Source: Bugula neritina
Taxonomy: Eukaryota; Animalia; Bryozoa
Assembly (NCBI GenBank): GCA_964035545.1
Contig: OZ037767.1
Coordinates: 29,342,628 to 29,406,627, forward strand
Reading direction: 5' to 3'
DNA: 64,000 bases
Both the position numbers and the translations under genes were made by a program. A model generated the notes under the pieces. The model searched no databases and was not told the origin of the DNA. It worked only from the letters and a program-made list of their open reading frames with translations. Of this stretch, positions 26,201-41,200 are shown one piece after another (the stretch's first letter is position 1; every line of letters begins with the position of its first letter).

Positions 26201-29200
26201 CCCATGTGTTTAAGGGATAGAATTCCTATAGGCTGAAATAACATATGGTTAGAAATAATCTAGTTAATATAGAAGGCTTTATTTTGTTACATTTCGTTAA
26301 AAATTTACCTATGAAAGTTATTCATGCATAGCAAAACATGTACTGGCCTTGCGGGATCAGCACATTGTTAACTTAGCCTAGGGCCACACGGTGCGTATTT
26401 TCGCATGCGAAAATTGAAATCACGAGTAGCAAAGGTGTCCACTGTACGCGTTGAGAAAACATTCGCACTTGTCGCTCAGCATTCTCAACGCAAGTGCGAA
26501 TCGTCTTTGTCGTCGTCACCTAAGTGGCTGGTAGTTATTCAGCGAGCCCAATTTCTTCATTTTAGTGCTACATTCCAATAAATTGCGTTTTAGTGAAAGC
26601 GAGTGCTATTTAAAAATGAAAGCTTTATTTATCACGCATCACTGACGCTACAGTGGACACCTTTGCTACTTGTGGTTTCAATTTTCGCATGCGAAAATAC
26701 GCACAGTGTGGCCCTAGGCTTAATGTGCTGGAATATATCTCGTAATCAACAACTGTCAAAACTGGAGTTGTCTTTTCTTGGATTAACATGTTTACGTTTT
26801 ATTTTAATGTATATAATGAGAATAAATATATGAATACTGACTAGCTAACTCAAACTTGATTAAACTTTTTTACTAGGCAACTCAGCAATGTCTGGTATTT
26901 GTGGGAAATAGTTTTCAATTTCTGCTAAAAATTAACTAAATCTATTTCTTATGTTGTCCCAGCTTGGTTATACATTTCTCTCATTGACATGCTTGTAATA
27001 TTTTGCTTGCCATTGTTTATTATATTTGTTTTCTTTAGAAAATTGGTGTAAATAGACAAAATTATTTTTGCGGTTTTCTCTCTTTTTCTCTCTCTCGGTG
27101 ATAAGTCACATAAAATACAAGAGTTGAAAGCACAACTAGACACACAAACAATAATTTCTAAAAAGAATATCTGTATTGTACACCTATATATTCACTCTAT
27201 TGTCTAAACAGTACAGATCACCAACATAATACACCTTTCATTATTCAATATTTACCGTTTTGTATGTAACTGTCTAAATCAGAACCCAGTTTAACTCTCA
27301 GTGGTGGTTAGGAATATGATACAAAATATTTCTATAATGCTGTTTACAGCTGCTGGTACACAATTTCAATACATTCTATATAACTGTTAGTAGAATAGAC
27401 TACTACTTTATTCTGGTGTGTGGTGTTTGACTTATACTGCTACAGCTTGTGGTGTGTGTTATATAAGGGGTGTTCTACCATGCAGTTAAGGCCATGTTAT
27501 ATTATGAGTAACATTTTGAAATTGGAAATTTTATTTAATTCCTTGCTTGTAAAAAAATGTGATAAGAACTTTTTATTGACGTTGGTGGTGCTGAAGCACA
27601 CTCAGTGAAATAGATATACATATATAATTACATGTATACATACAGGATATAAAGAACACGGTATATATTCTGTATACAGTATGCAGAATAAATAATATAG
27701 AATACAGCAAAGTCATTTGTTAAAAGCTTTGCCTGTTTAAATTTATCTACCCTTGGGAATAAACACAAGCTTATGTAGCTATGAATTTGATGCATACTAA
27801 TTTACTTACTGAAACAAGTGGATTTTGACACCCAAGTTGTTTAGGTTTCGTCAACCATAGAGATTGACACGTACATGTTGTTTTAGCTAAACATTTTAGG
27901 GTATAATATTATTCAACCAACACATTATATTAAAACCAATGTGCGGTTACTTGCTAAGTTTGAGATATTATTTAGTGCAGTGCAATTAATATATTATATA
28001 TCTATTGTGTTAAGTAAGATACTAAATATACTTTAGATAATGCTTACCTTACAACATTCAACTGTTCAAATTGGTTCTCAAATAAAGAAATAACTTATTT
28101 GTTTGTGTTTTGATAAAGGATATCATATTATAAAAATAACAAATAACAAATAAGTAACTGTGAGTTTGCAGGTATGAATAATACCTGTAAAATAACAATG
28201 AGAATATTACCACATGCAGTGAATTGTTCACCTTAATGGCTGTATTCTTGTTACATACTTCTTCAAGTGTTATAAAAAACTACTTGTCTAATATAGCAAT
28301 AGTCTGAATTCAAACTTATGAATGTGGAGATGATTGCTACATCAAAATGGAATTTTTATGGCACACAGTTGAGATAATATCATGCAACTTACTCAAGTTA
28401 AGGACATTGAACTGTGTATTCTTATCACCATTTGAATCAAGCAAAGTCAACGCTTTTGCTTGGCCTATAATACAACACCTGACACCAAAGTTCCACTGCT
28501 AAAACCTCTATCTTTATGGTGTTTGGTTGTTGATAAGAGTTAGGTATCATTTTGCCTTGCTCTGCCAACAGAGTGAGATACTGACAAATATCGTTTCAAC
28601 GCTAAGTAAAAACTCAAAATGTCGGAGTTAATAACTGAGGAGGAGATGGTAAATAAGATCAAGTTTCCTACTGGTAGAGGTAAGTGAAAATACTCTTTGT
28701 TTTTATCTTCATCGTAAATATTACTTTGCTAATTAATAAAACTTGTTGTAAATTTCCAAATGGTTATGGGTTTCAACAAATATCTCGTTTATATTTGCAG
28801 ATCGAAAATATGGCACAGCATCTACGTCTACTTCTACTTCCACCACATGCAGCTCACCAACAATTCACATCACAACAAATGAATTGGTCAGAAATAAGTT
28901 GCCAATCCGTCCTTCTCTAGAAGTTGCAATCAGCTACGATTCCCAACTAGATGATGTCTTTACACCAACTAATACTTCAAATGCTATTAGGGAAACTTCC
29001 CTGCCAACTTGTCCTGAAGAATCTGGTCATAATGGCACCAGAAGAGCTTTGGAGAATATCAAGACTGCATTCAAAGAACTATCTCCTAAAAACCGGCGAC
29101 GGAAAAAGAAAGCTTACCAGCGTTCTGCAACTGATGAATTGACTTTTCTATCCAAGTCCAAGAGACCGTTTTCTGTTGGTTTGGACTACAAGAATTCATC

Positions 29201-32200
29201 TACTGTAGATTCAGATGGCACAGCTGAAGAAAAAAGTTACTATAGTGACCAAGAAACGTATAAAAAAACAAATAATCGTAGAAGCTCTGATGAAATTCAC
29301 AGCAGGAAATCATCTAATCTAACGCACAAAACCGGTCTCATGTCCAGTTTAAGAAATTTGTTTCAGTCTTCAAAGCTGGAGAACTCTAATTCCTTCGTCA
29401 AAGTAGAAAAACTTAAAAAGCTGCCCGCTCATAAACATGGCAGACAAAGCAGTGATAGTTTAGTTGAAAATATAAACTATGACTCAAAACACTCCGATGG
29501 ACTTCAATATAGGCGGTCTACGCTAGAAGATGGAAATGATGCAAAACTTCGCTGGAAAACTGCCAAGTCTCGGAAACAAGATAAGCCTGTGGTCATGTTA
29601 GACTCAACTGAGCTAGAAAACCAGAACACAGTCTGCTTGCTATCTGCGGGTTTGATTACAGTCATGAGTCAAACTAGCCTCGAGTTTGAGGTGAGTGAGC
29701 AAAATTTGGGTAGGTTGGCGGCGCAACCTCGAGTAGTATAGAACACTTAATATTAAATTCTTAGCCTACACATCATGTATACAAAACAATTTGTATTTGC
29801 TGTACCATGAAAGTGATCGATTTTATAGGAAAATTTATGAATTCTAATAAACTAGTAATTGTACTAAGATTAATAAAAAGAATTTATTGAAGGCTGCAAC
29901 TGGGGTAGTTTCAAAAAGCTTGTGTTCAAATGAAAACTTTAACAAAAAGCTGAAATTTGATTCAGGTATTCTAAAAATGATGACGTTTAAGGCCGTTACA
30001 ATCAATCTAGTATTACAAGCACTTACTAGTAAGAATTCATACATTATAAGCATGGCTGCTTTCTCCAAGGCAATTCTTTTGAATAATAGTATGAAGTGTT
30101 GAAAGCTCTACAATAACAATAGGTTCACCACTTGCTGTTAGCAGTTATCTACTAAAATAGCTACTAGGGGAAAGATAACATGCCACTGGTCAAGTTTCCA
30201 TGTGTGTGTAACTTAATGTGTTATATCTAAAGTTTTAGTGGAGCCTACAAATTTTATTCTGGTAAACATTTCAAATTTGAACTTGGCGTCTCCTCTGGTG
30301 TAAAGCATTTGGTGTAAAGGATGGAAGTTGTAATATATATAACTATGTAACAATTCTTCTATTTTCCCCCAAGGAAAATAATAATTTTAGTTTAATTGAG
30401 CTCCATCTGCCCAGTCAAAACATTTCAAAGTTCATTTTAATAATTTATATGCTCTTTGGTGGCAATCTATGTAAGCCTTTATATACCATCTTTTGTACTG
30501 TTGGATCAAACACTTTTGTACGTCCCACTACTGACACTAGCATTTATGTTGATTAATATATATATATTGTGATATGATAAAACCAAACTTAGCTATAACA
30601 TGCAGATATTTTATGGGCTTCATATACAATCAAGCTGGATAGCTATCATTCAATGTGATGGAAATTTGGACAAACTTTCAGGCTGTCTATCTTAGCTGTA
30701 GTTCTTAGTGTGCTCACAGCTATATTTATAATATTATTATGTAATAACATGAAGCAAGATCATAGACCAAACAATTTGTTGAGGACATACAGAAAGTGGA
30801 AAAGTGCAGGGGCCGTGCACTCGGTAAGGCTGTTATAGGCTGCTGTACTTCCGTTGAAAATAATTATTTTGTATTGATGTTGATATGTTTTATTATTTCT
30901 GAGCCCTAAAGTTGTACCCGTAACTGAATGGTTATTTGTTTACATCTCATTCATTAATGTCAGGTTCCCATTCAAATACAGCTAGTTATACTGGAGTCTT
31001 TTGAATGGCATCAAATTTGATTAGTCGCTTGTGTGAGTAGCAACAAATGGATATGAATTGGCTTCTGGATATGCTGGCTGTATCAAATGACGGGCATTAC
31101 ACTATAAGGGTTGAGTAAACATTTGGCAGCTAAGCTTTGTGCGATTAACTTATCTTATTTGCTCATGGGTGTTACTGTGTGTGTCTAAAGACAGCTTGGA
31201 AAGCATTGGGGACAAACACTTTTAGTTACACTAATCACTGATAGCAGAGCTCTTTTCTGCTACTGGATTGCTGCCTCAGTTCACATCAAACACATTTATT
31301 GTGTTCAACTAAAAGGATGAGATATTAAAGGCGCTGAAAAAGACAACAAATTTCATAATGTCTCAAACTCCAAAGACCCCTCGGAATAAAAAACTTTACC
31401 TGGATATAAAAATGCACAAGAGTCACAGTTTCAATGCTATGGCGGATCTTAAACTTCCCTTTTCAAAGTTCCGGAGACCTAAAAATAAAAAGGAAGTGTA
31501 TCAGTCGAAACTGGCCGATCTGAGTTACACGTCTGCTAGTAGAGCAGTGTCAGACGACTCCACTTCTGTTGACTCTCTGGATCTGGACGTTTCGTTAAGT
31601 TATTCGCCTCTTCCCGGGGTGAGTTCTCTTCTGCTGACTTCCTGAGTCTACGTGTTCCTTCTAGTTAATCATCTCTTTGAAGGGTTTGGGGGGGGGGGAG
31701 TGCCTCACTTTTGTTGAATCTTTGAGTCTGAATTTTTCTTTGAGTTACTAACCTTTGAAGAAAAGGGGAAAATGATATGAGTCCTTTCTACTAACCGGTA
31801 TTAGTCAAAGTTTTAAACTGCTTATAGGAAAAGAAATTTCATGCAAAGTATGTCTTTTAGCTTGCTACGTAATATAAATACATTACAACTAGTCGCTATA
31901 AGTTGCTGATTGTGAAGTGGTGCAGACCGGACTAACAGCTTATTTAGATAGCCTTGAATCTAGTAGACACATCCTTCAGCATGGTTCTTAGTTCATGAGA
32001 TTTGATTATTCTATTTCAACTTCAAAGGACTTTTAACAGTTTGTTAAAGCAAATATTGAGGTAATAAGGTACCATTTTAAAGTGCACCAAATGGCAAGGT
32101 ATAGGTATTGTCATTGTGATTAGTGTGTTTGCATTTATTAAATTTGAAGATCTGCTTTTACAGAGACTTTCACTAGATAAATCATATTACAAGCAACCCA

Positions 32201-35200
32201 TACATTATATCGAAACTATTATAGGCTATTAAATTTGTGGGGTTGTTAATTTAATTGTTATAGCCCTTCAGGTTTATCAAATCATTGGTCCCAGGTTTAT
32301 TATTTTCAAGGACATTTTTGTTGTATCTGTTTTTGCCATCTAGTTGTGCTGGTGGTATATTATTTTGCACTTTTATAGCACGTAATTGTGGTGTAGAACA
32401 TAATGTTCTTTAGAAAAGGGGCTGTTCACCTTACTTTGGCTGTTATTATCTAACACTAGATTGTCATCAGATAAATATCGGCACACTTATGACCTCTAAA
32501 TTTATCATTGATGCATTCAGGTATTTCTAGTTTTTCCTAATTGTCACAGATTGCATTTAAGGAGCTGTTATTCAGCTAGAAAATGGTCTGACTTGGCACG
32601 CACAGATCTCTAACCTCACTCGGATAATATGCTGTATACATTCAGGTTTAATTTAGTTCAGTTTTGTCGAAGGTCAATAAGGTTATGACTGGAAATCTTA
32701 GGAGAATCTATACAAATCTGTCTGCCATACAGCATTGTAATTTTCTATGCAAGTTGAATGTCCTCTTTGTAGCTCTAATGCTTATGTTTATAGTGTCTTT
32801 GCTATGAGTAGCTGTAGACAATATTGACTTCAATGTGTTCTATTTGTTATTACAATGTTTTATTATTACTAAACATTAGTACTGTACTTATATGAATCTG
32901 ATTTGTGTCTGTTCATGGATTACACCATTTTACTAGCTACTGGAAGACAATACTAGTCGAAATTTAACTTGATGACCTCAAAACAATACGTTAACCCAAA
33001 AGAAAGACAGCTTTTATATAATGACACTCATTAAAGATAGTGTCAAAAGATTGTTCAATATTATTAATTATTGATAAAGTTTCATCAACAGCTGTGGTAC
33101 TGTGACAGTACAAATATATTGATAAGAATTGGGCTACTCTATACATATGTTGCATTTAGTAGTACAGCTGATCATTCTTTTATAAAAGGGTCTATAAAAC
33201 ATTAACTATTGTATAAACTATAGTTTGCTCTGAAGTTTATCACAATGATCACAATGATCACAATATTATTATATTCCCTTTAGTCGGTCTCTTTAAATGA
33301 TTCTACCTCCTCATTGGCTAATGCATGTGATGTTAAAGCAAGAGACTGGTGGGTGCACTTAACACCTCACCTGATTGAAGCACCTATCTAAAGCCCAAAC
33401 ATTATCTAATCATTGTTGATACTATCAAAAGCTTCATTCAGTCATTTGATATGACTTTGTAGCAGTTTGTTATTTGGCAAGAGGCATTGTTATAGTATTC
33501 TCGTTGGAATGAAGTCATTACTTCTACAATCTCTTCTTGGCATGTTGTTTTGGATATAACCAATCTTCGTTGATTCCTATCTCTAGTAATCAGTTCATAT
33601 TTACCAAAACAGTCAAAAGAAATGGTGAGTTTTCTATTACTAGGATTGTTGACATAGCTAATACAGATTTTATTTCCGATGATGCTGGTACAGGCACCGC
33701 TGTTGGCAAAATGTTTTTACGTTTACTCATAGCAACTTTAGTATAATGCTGCTAGCTGTAGGACTTGCTGTAATGGCGAGCTATGCTGAGGGTAGATTAT
33801 CTCCCCATTCTCAGCCGAGTGTGTACATTGTTGACCAGTAAATGAACGTAGGCATAGCTTCTGTTTTATGGGAATATAACTCAGAGTTTTGATTGCTCTG
33901 TCCAAACACTGCAGCCAATGCTGCATCAGATAATGCATAATGAGTGACTGTACTTGTGTAAAGATGTTTTATAGATATCTGTTGTAGACAAATGCTGCTT
34001 AGTGTAATGCAGTGTGGTGTAGTGCAGAGCAGTGTTTCATAGTGCGTATTGCATAGTGTAGTGTATTGTATTGCAGTGTGGTGTAATGTAATGTAGTGCA
34101 GTGTACGGTAGTGTAGTGTATTATTGTATGTAGTGTAGTGTAGTGTAGTTTAGAGTGGTGTAGTGTAGTGTGGTGTAATATAGTGAATAGTGTATTATTG
34201 TATGTAGTGTAGCAGAGATGTTTCTGTAAAAGAGAGTCTACTATAAAACAGTGATACACTGAAAACAGTATCAAAGGTTAGTAGGACTATCTGGTGAAAG
34301 GTGTTGAGGGCTGATGACTTCACCCATTAAAAACTTCAGAGTATTACTTCTTATCATTGTGCTAGACTTTATGAAATACTTCTGCTGTAGACTGCAGGGC
34401 TATTTCTAGTATTGCCATTAGCATTACTATTCAAATTGTGTAGGCGATATATTTGTTTGAATAAAGTATTATATAAAATGCTGATTACACATTGAGTGAA
34501 CCTATTTGCCTCCCTACATCTGCCATTGTGAATTTAATGATAGACTTCTTCCGACACCAACTGAGGGGATTGAATGTAATTGGGTTGTGCATCTCTTCAT
34601 TTAGTAGCAAGATGTATGTAATTTACTCCATTCATAAATTTGCATCCAGTAATTTAAAATATGGGACCATACAGCCCGGGATATGTGTCACCTCATTCCT
34701 TTCTTTCAAACTAAGGCAATTTTGAAAAATCTTGTATAGCATCTTTTTATTTAAAGAATCTATTTTTTCAATTTAAATTTTGCGTTTTCAACTGTGGCAA
34801 CAAAATGAGCAAAAGTTTTTTGATGCTGCTGGCAGTGAGGAAATAACTTCATAGCCTTTCCTGGAGAATAAAATGATTATTTTTATAGATAAGCATACAA
34901 AAGTGGGTTTATATTATTTCTAGTTTTATAACGAATTAGATAGTTGAGTACCGATAATAGTGTAAAGTTGACAGTTCATGCAGAGTCTCACAAGCTGTAA
35001 CGGCAGCTCACAACCTATGCTTTATTGAGACCACAACTCCCAATCATTGTTCAGAATGAGTTACCAGACCATACACTAGAGCCAGTCTGGTAAATATATA
35101 AAGAAATAGAAATAAAGGGAGAAAGTTATTATCAAACAACATGTAAAATTAGCACCCACACTCTCTTGTTAGCATTTGACATGCATTTTAAAGACACATA

Positions 35201-38200
35201 TTTAACAGAACTAATCCTGTTGGTATTCCAGTCTTAATATTATAACCTATTGCATTTCTCATGCCAAAAAAATAAAACTTGCTATAATCACCACATTATA
35301 CATCTTGTAAGTAAAGAAAAGCAGGAACTGCATTTTTGCAACATCATAATATTTTCTCACTTTTTATCTGTCAACCACTAATTGAATTTGTTTCTGGATT
35401 AGACTTTTTGCATTCACCTTTTGCTAGTTCAAAATATAACTGTAAGTGAATGTTGAAACATCTGTCTACATTTTACTGACTACCCCTAGCCTATTCAGAA
35501 CGGCCACTACTGTTTTTTTACAGATCGAGTCTACCAACGTTATTGTCACCTCTTATATTATATTTTATAAATTTTTGACAGGTCCAAAGACTGGAGTTGT
35601 CGGATGTTGCAGCAGGCATCAGCAAACTTAGTCATGCAGAATCGGATGAGCAGCTGAACCAGGTGGGTGCAGGTTCTTTGGCAGCAATTTGTGTCTGCCA
35701 TTTGTGTCAGCCATTTGTGTGGATCAACAAACATAATTGAAAAAATCACAGTAAATAAATATGATTTTGTAAGTCATAGCTAGTAGATAATGCAAGCTCT
35801 TTCAACTTTCAACTATAACATAATTTTTTATGTTATGAAACAGAACATAACATGATTGAACGAAGACAAATTATGTTAAAAATAGCAGCTATGCCAAATT
35901 TGGAGTTACTAGCTCAACAAGCTGAAATGACAACTCTCGGATTATTAACTATGACTATTGTAATACTAGTTATATTATTATTAGTAATAGTGTTAGCTGT
36001 AATATAAACGGTACTATTCAAAGCAGTAGTAATATTAGTAAAAGTTGAACTAGTGGTACTAACAATCATACAGCAGAATATTTTCTCAGATCTATGAAAC
36101 TTAATAACTGATTAGGAAATACGCAAGATGTATAAAGTAATGTATGGTAATAGGCAAAAATAGCAAATACAAAATCAAATACTTTCTGATATAAGCACTT
36201 CTTGCGTGCATGTGGTAACTATCAGCTATCTTTAGTTCACATGATGACAGTTTAGCTAACTTGGGTTTTTGTTCTTATAGTTTATGAAACATTTAGAACT
36301 ACAGGAGCCTGTCTTATAAGCTAAATATCGAGTAATTGTTAAACAGTTTGAGATTTAAATGTAGCTTCCCTCTTAAGCAATACTTGTACGCCTTTGAAAA
36401 TTAAAAAAGTTTCAAAAGGTTTAATTCATTTGAAAATGTTTGAAACAAAGCTTTAACATTGAAGAGTAGTAAACAGACTACCCAGTGTTCATGACAGATA
36501 ATGAAGCAATATTATTTGTTTGTCTGATATGGGCTACTATCTAAACACAAATGACAAAAGCATTTTCACAAAATAAAATTAGTAATCACTGTTTGTGGTT
36601 ATTCTCAGGGGTATACACTGTATACACATTTGTTTACAGAATCGGCTTCTATTGTTTATGATAACTGATTGATTGGTCACACTTGATTGTTTGTATACAG
36701 TTTATGTAGCAGTAAAATTATCTCTAGTTTGAATCTCATAGCCATAGCCTAGATATATTTAGTGTTGACTGGCATCTGCTCTCTCATTGTTACACACGTG
36801 ATTCCACCACTCAAGTGTATTTGGCTAAAAACATGAATATTAAAAGCCCATGAAGTAAGGATTAATTCAATTATAGCTTTTCCAGTCTGATATTGCTGCA
36901 ATGTCACTGCTAAATCATAAGCTTTTATTCGGAGTTATGTCATCTAATCAAATGTGATCACCTTCACTGATTTATATAAATTTATCATGGAGCCTTGAAA
37001 GCTGCCACTCGCCATATCTTGATTGCTGTTTTTATTTCAACAGACACAACTATGCATTCCTGCATTCTCTTCATCACGTCACATACCTTACTAGCATGAA
37101 AACACTTTTTGGCCGAGTGTATAAAACATTGAATCATAACATCATGCATTCAGGCATTCGATAGGGTTCCAGTGTTAGGTTTCTCTTTCAAGGATACACT
37201 ATTATTCTCTATTATATCACTGTTATCATAGTAGCTATCTGGAAATACTTGGGCTAAATAACGTACACAGGATACAAATATTGCACTACATGTTGCCTAA
37301 CCATGAATAATCCTCATGAAATGTGTCAACCTCTGAGTTAATTCTTCAAACATTCACTATCATTTGATAAGACTGTTAACTAAAGGATAGTCCAGGGTTG
37401 AGGTGTAGTCTGAGTTTCAGATATGATGTCGGATAAACCAGCAGCGGCAGCGAGGTTTGCTGCCAATAGGCAGGTGTCTGATAGCGCATTACTCGATCAT
37501 AAGAAGGTAAGACTATGACACTTTTTTAGCCAAGGTGCTTGTTGGACTAGAGAAAATCTTATTTTCGTAGACTTCAGTTACAGATAGTTTCTACATCTAG
37601 TAGCTTAATTATTTTCAAAGTCTTCGTTATTTTTGTCTGCTTTCCCAGAACAGCGTATGTTTCACATAGTTACTACCATTCTGTTACCAGTCAATTGAGT
37701 TTGAGACATGAGAACATAGTTACAAATGAATTGGGCAGTGAGTCTATTAAATTGTAGTTGAACACTGCTTACCATTAAAATCAGCTAGTTTCAAGTCTTT
37801 AAATAGTAACATTGAAAATATATTTGTCTTAATATATTGTGTCTGCCATTGCTGACGGTGAAAGGTTTTGGGTTCGAAGTCACCTGAACTTAGCTCCATG
37901 TATCATTATTGATTTAAAAAGAAAAAATAAGTTTCTAAACACTAAATATAGTATATTCTTACTAGCTTGTGTATAATGCAAAGCCCAAGGTTCAAAATAT
38001 AGTTAATCAGTTGTCACTCATGGACTGATAATATACCAAAGGCAGCAAAATTCATAAAACTCTCCATCTTTAGAAGGAACTAAAATAGCTGCTAGGCTTG
38101 CAAAAGTGTTTAGAGCACTATCTAGGAATATCTGAAAAATGAGCAAAGTTTTTTTTATATTTTTTGCATATGTTTTTGCAATCAAAGCAGAGTAATGAAA

Positions 38201-41200
38201 TAACTAGAGGAGATAAATTGCTGATGGAAATAGTTTGTTTAATAATGGCTATGCTAAAACTGCATCCTTTGAAGATAGTTAATGAATAACCTATTTTAAT
38301 TCCACAGACATGTAAACAAAGAAGAACTCAAGAGCTTTGTTGGCAAAATATCAGTAATTAAATCAGCAAATTTTAATGATCAGACAGAAATGCTGTTCAG
38401 CATTTGATCATTGTTTTTCGAAGAAGGGCATGTTGCATCAGTCTACTGCATGGGTTTTGTCTATAGTACCCAGACCTTTACGTAGGTTTTGCTAGATATT
38501 TTCAAAAAATTTTGACTCTTGCTAAATTGATTACCACAGAGACACTGCAATAGTTTAAATTCTTATAAATCCTATATGAACTTTGGGTTGAGGTTGTTAC
38601 AACTGTGCCTTTACTGTAGAACATTGTTACACAAGCTATGATTGGATACAAGGAGACAATTTTTGTCATACTTTTCTTGGTTGGCTGAAAAGCTCTCAAA
38701 TGGAACCAAAGTTTCAATTGTCAAACATTTATAGAGGCTTTTGGTTTATTATAGATAGATACTTCAATGTTTGTGGAATTGCTGAAATGACTGAAAATAT
38801 TAATTTTCTATAGCTACTAGAAAATTGGTATCTCAGCAAGTATTTGGCTATATTATTATTATTATGTAATCCTTGTTAGATAAATAGTTGGCCCCACATC
38901 AATTGACTTTAAATAGTATGTCAATATAACAGATTTCGCCATCTAAACTTATTGCCAAACTGATGCAACATAATAATAATGAAACATCCTCTTGTTTTGG
39001 CTCAATTAGATAACATTTGGATGAACCACCTCTTTTCTAATTTCGTGAGGTTTAAAATAAATTATTTTTGTGAATTTTCCAAATTTCAAATGTCACTACT
39101 TGAAAGCTTAGTGTAAAATATTTTGGCCTTGCAAGTATGGTTTTTACGGCACTCCCACGCCTAAAAGCTTAAAAGTTTGGCGGGTTACCATTTAATGGTT
39201 ACATACTTTTATATAACACATATAAACATTGATAGTATGACCATAGTCAGCTTTTTTGTAAATTGCTTTACTTCTAAAGCGGTAGCAGTTAGTGGAATGT
39301 TTAAGGAGGTGATAAGCTGAACCTGTAAACCTCTCAGAATGAAACTACTAAACTTGAGGAGCTTTGAACTGCCCTCCATATTCCATCCACCATTGTCAAT
39401 TGTTATGATAATGGACACTACTATCTTATCACTGATAGCAAAACTGCCTGAGTATTTTCACAAGGTTGGGGCACGGCAGAGGGCTTCCAGTGTTTAGTGA
39501 TGCGAATAGTACCGAGACTATTTATGCTTACTGCAATTTGTCGAATGCTATTGAAGAGTAGCTCACCACAAAGTGTTTTTAGTATCCCTTCACATTGTTT
39601 CATAGTCATTGAGTATTAACTGGGCAAACAATAAGATCTGCTATTAAAATTAGAATTTCTGCAGCTGCTAAAACAGTTTATCAACAATCAGCTAGTCAGT
39701 TACGATGAGATCCACTCAAGTCACCCTTTCAGTTCTCTAGTGGGTAGATAGTTTGTTAGTTTAGTATCTTTTTAATGGAGGACAATATGTCAGCCAGTAA
39801 ACCGAATAAACCACCGCGATTGCATGGCAGGAGTGTAAGCCTTGTAGAGAAGGTAAGATTACGTAATTCCAATGTTCACATGAAATCAATACCTCTCAAA
39901 TGTAACAGAATTTGTGAGAAAGTTGCTATATATTTGACTGCTATGTATCAGTTACATGTTGTATAAACACTTTCCCACTTTATTGCTGACTTCTTCAGTG
40001 CTTGTCCTGCCAACATACGCTGCTGATTTCAATCAACTTGGTTATGTAACTAGCAATATTTATGTTGATTTATAAGACTATTTGTTTAGGCAACTATTCA
40101 TGTCCACTCAACATCCAAAATATTATTATATTGAAGAATAGTTAAGAGCTCAAACCATATCACCATGGTTACAGCAAGCTGCCCATTGTACTTTAATCTT
40201 AAGTGTTGGCACCTCACAATTGTAACATTATCAAGACCTCTGTTAGTAACTAATGTGTAACAGTAAGAGCTGCCAGCTGCAGTAATTATTATCTAACTCT
40301 CAGCAATTGTTCATATTTTGGCAGCGATAATACCTTTTTATCAGTTTTCAGTCGGTGCCTAGTACATGATTGTAAATACAGTGATTACATGATATCTCCT
40401 TATCTGTCGACAGCTCTACAATGTTATACTTGACACAGTACATGTATGCCTATATGTATTCAAGTAGCCATCTCCTAGCGCCTAATGTTACACCATATAA
40501 GTTGGTGGTATAGTTTAGTATGTACTTGCATAGCATTGTCATTGAAATGCCACTAGATGTTGTTCTGAGTTTCATTTTCTATCAAATTCATGTTCCTTCT
40601 TTTAGATTGTAGTTTTGAAAATTCCAACGGAGCTTAGATATTAGGCACCTACTAAAATCAACAAACCTTAGCATGCATCCTTTAGGCCCATTGTTCTACT
40701 AATAGCTAATTTCCAGTATATATGCTGTATCAATCTACAGTGACAAGCTATTCTTTTATTTAATTGAAAGCCCTGAGCCTGGGAGTATTTGTTGAAGATC
40801 TTGGAAAATGATATCTGGGACAGTTAGTGTTGTACCAGTTGGGCTCAGAATAGATCCACAAAACTGCAACAGTGCCAAACTTGCAAAAAATTAATCAAAA
40901 GTCCTTGTCTTTTAATTTCTAAAACTTCTAAAGGCTGTTAACAAAATTATGTCTTACGAAATTCCCAGCTATAGAGTTTCCTGTAACACAGAGAATTGGA
41001 TTAAATGGAAACACTGTGTGCCCAGAAAAGGGAAAATCTGTAAAGTGTATCTGAATACTTTTCCTATAATAAAATGATTGCAAGACAGGGGAAGATAACT
41101 TCTTGGTGCTACGTTTTTCATATCACAATCATGTCTAGAATTTTTGGTAACCTTCTTTGCAAACCTAAATCTCATATTTATGTCAACGGACAGTTTAATG

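Noticed and set aside
31688-31699. Poly-G run after exon A4
   Set aside because: It is a single homopolymer, error-prone in assemblies, with no supportable function.
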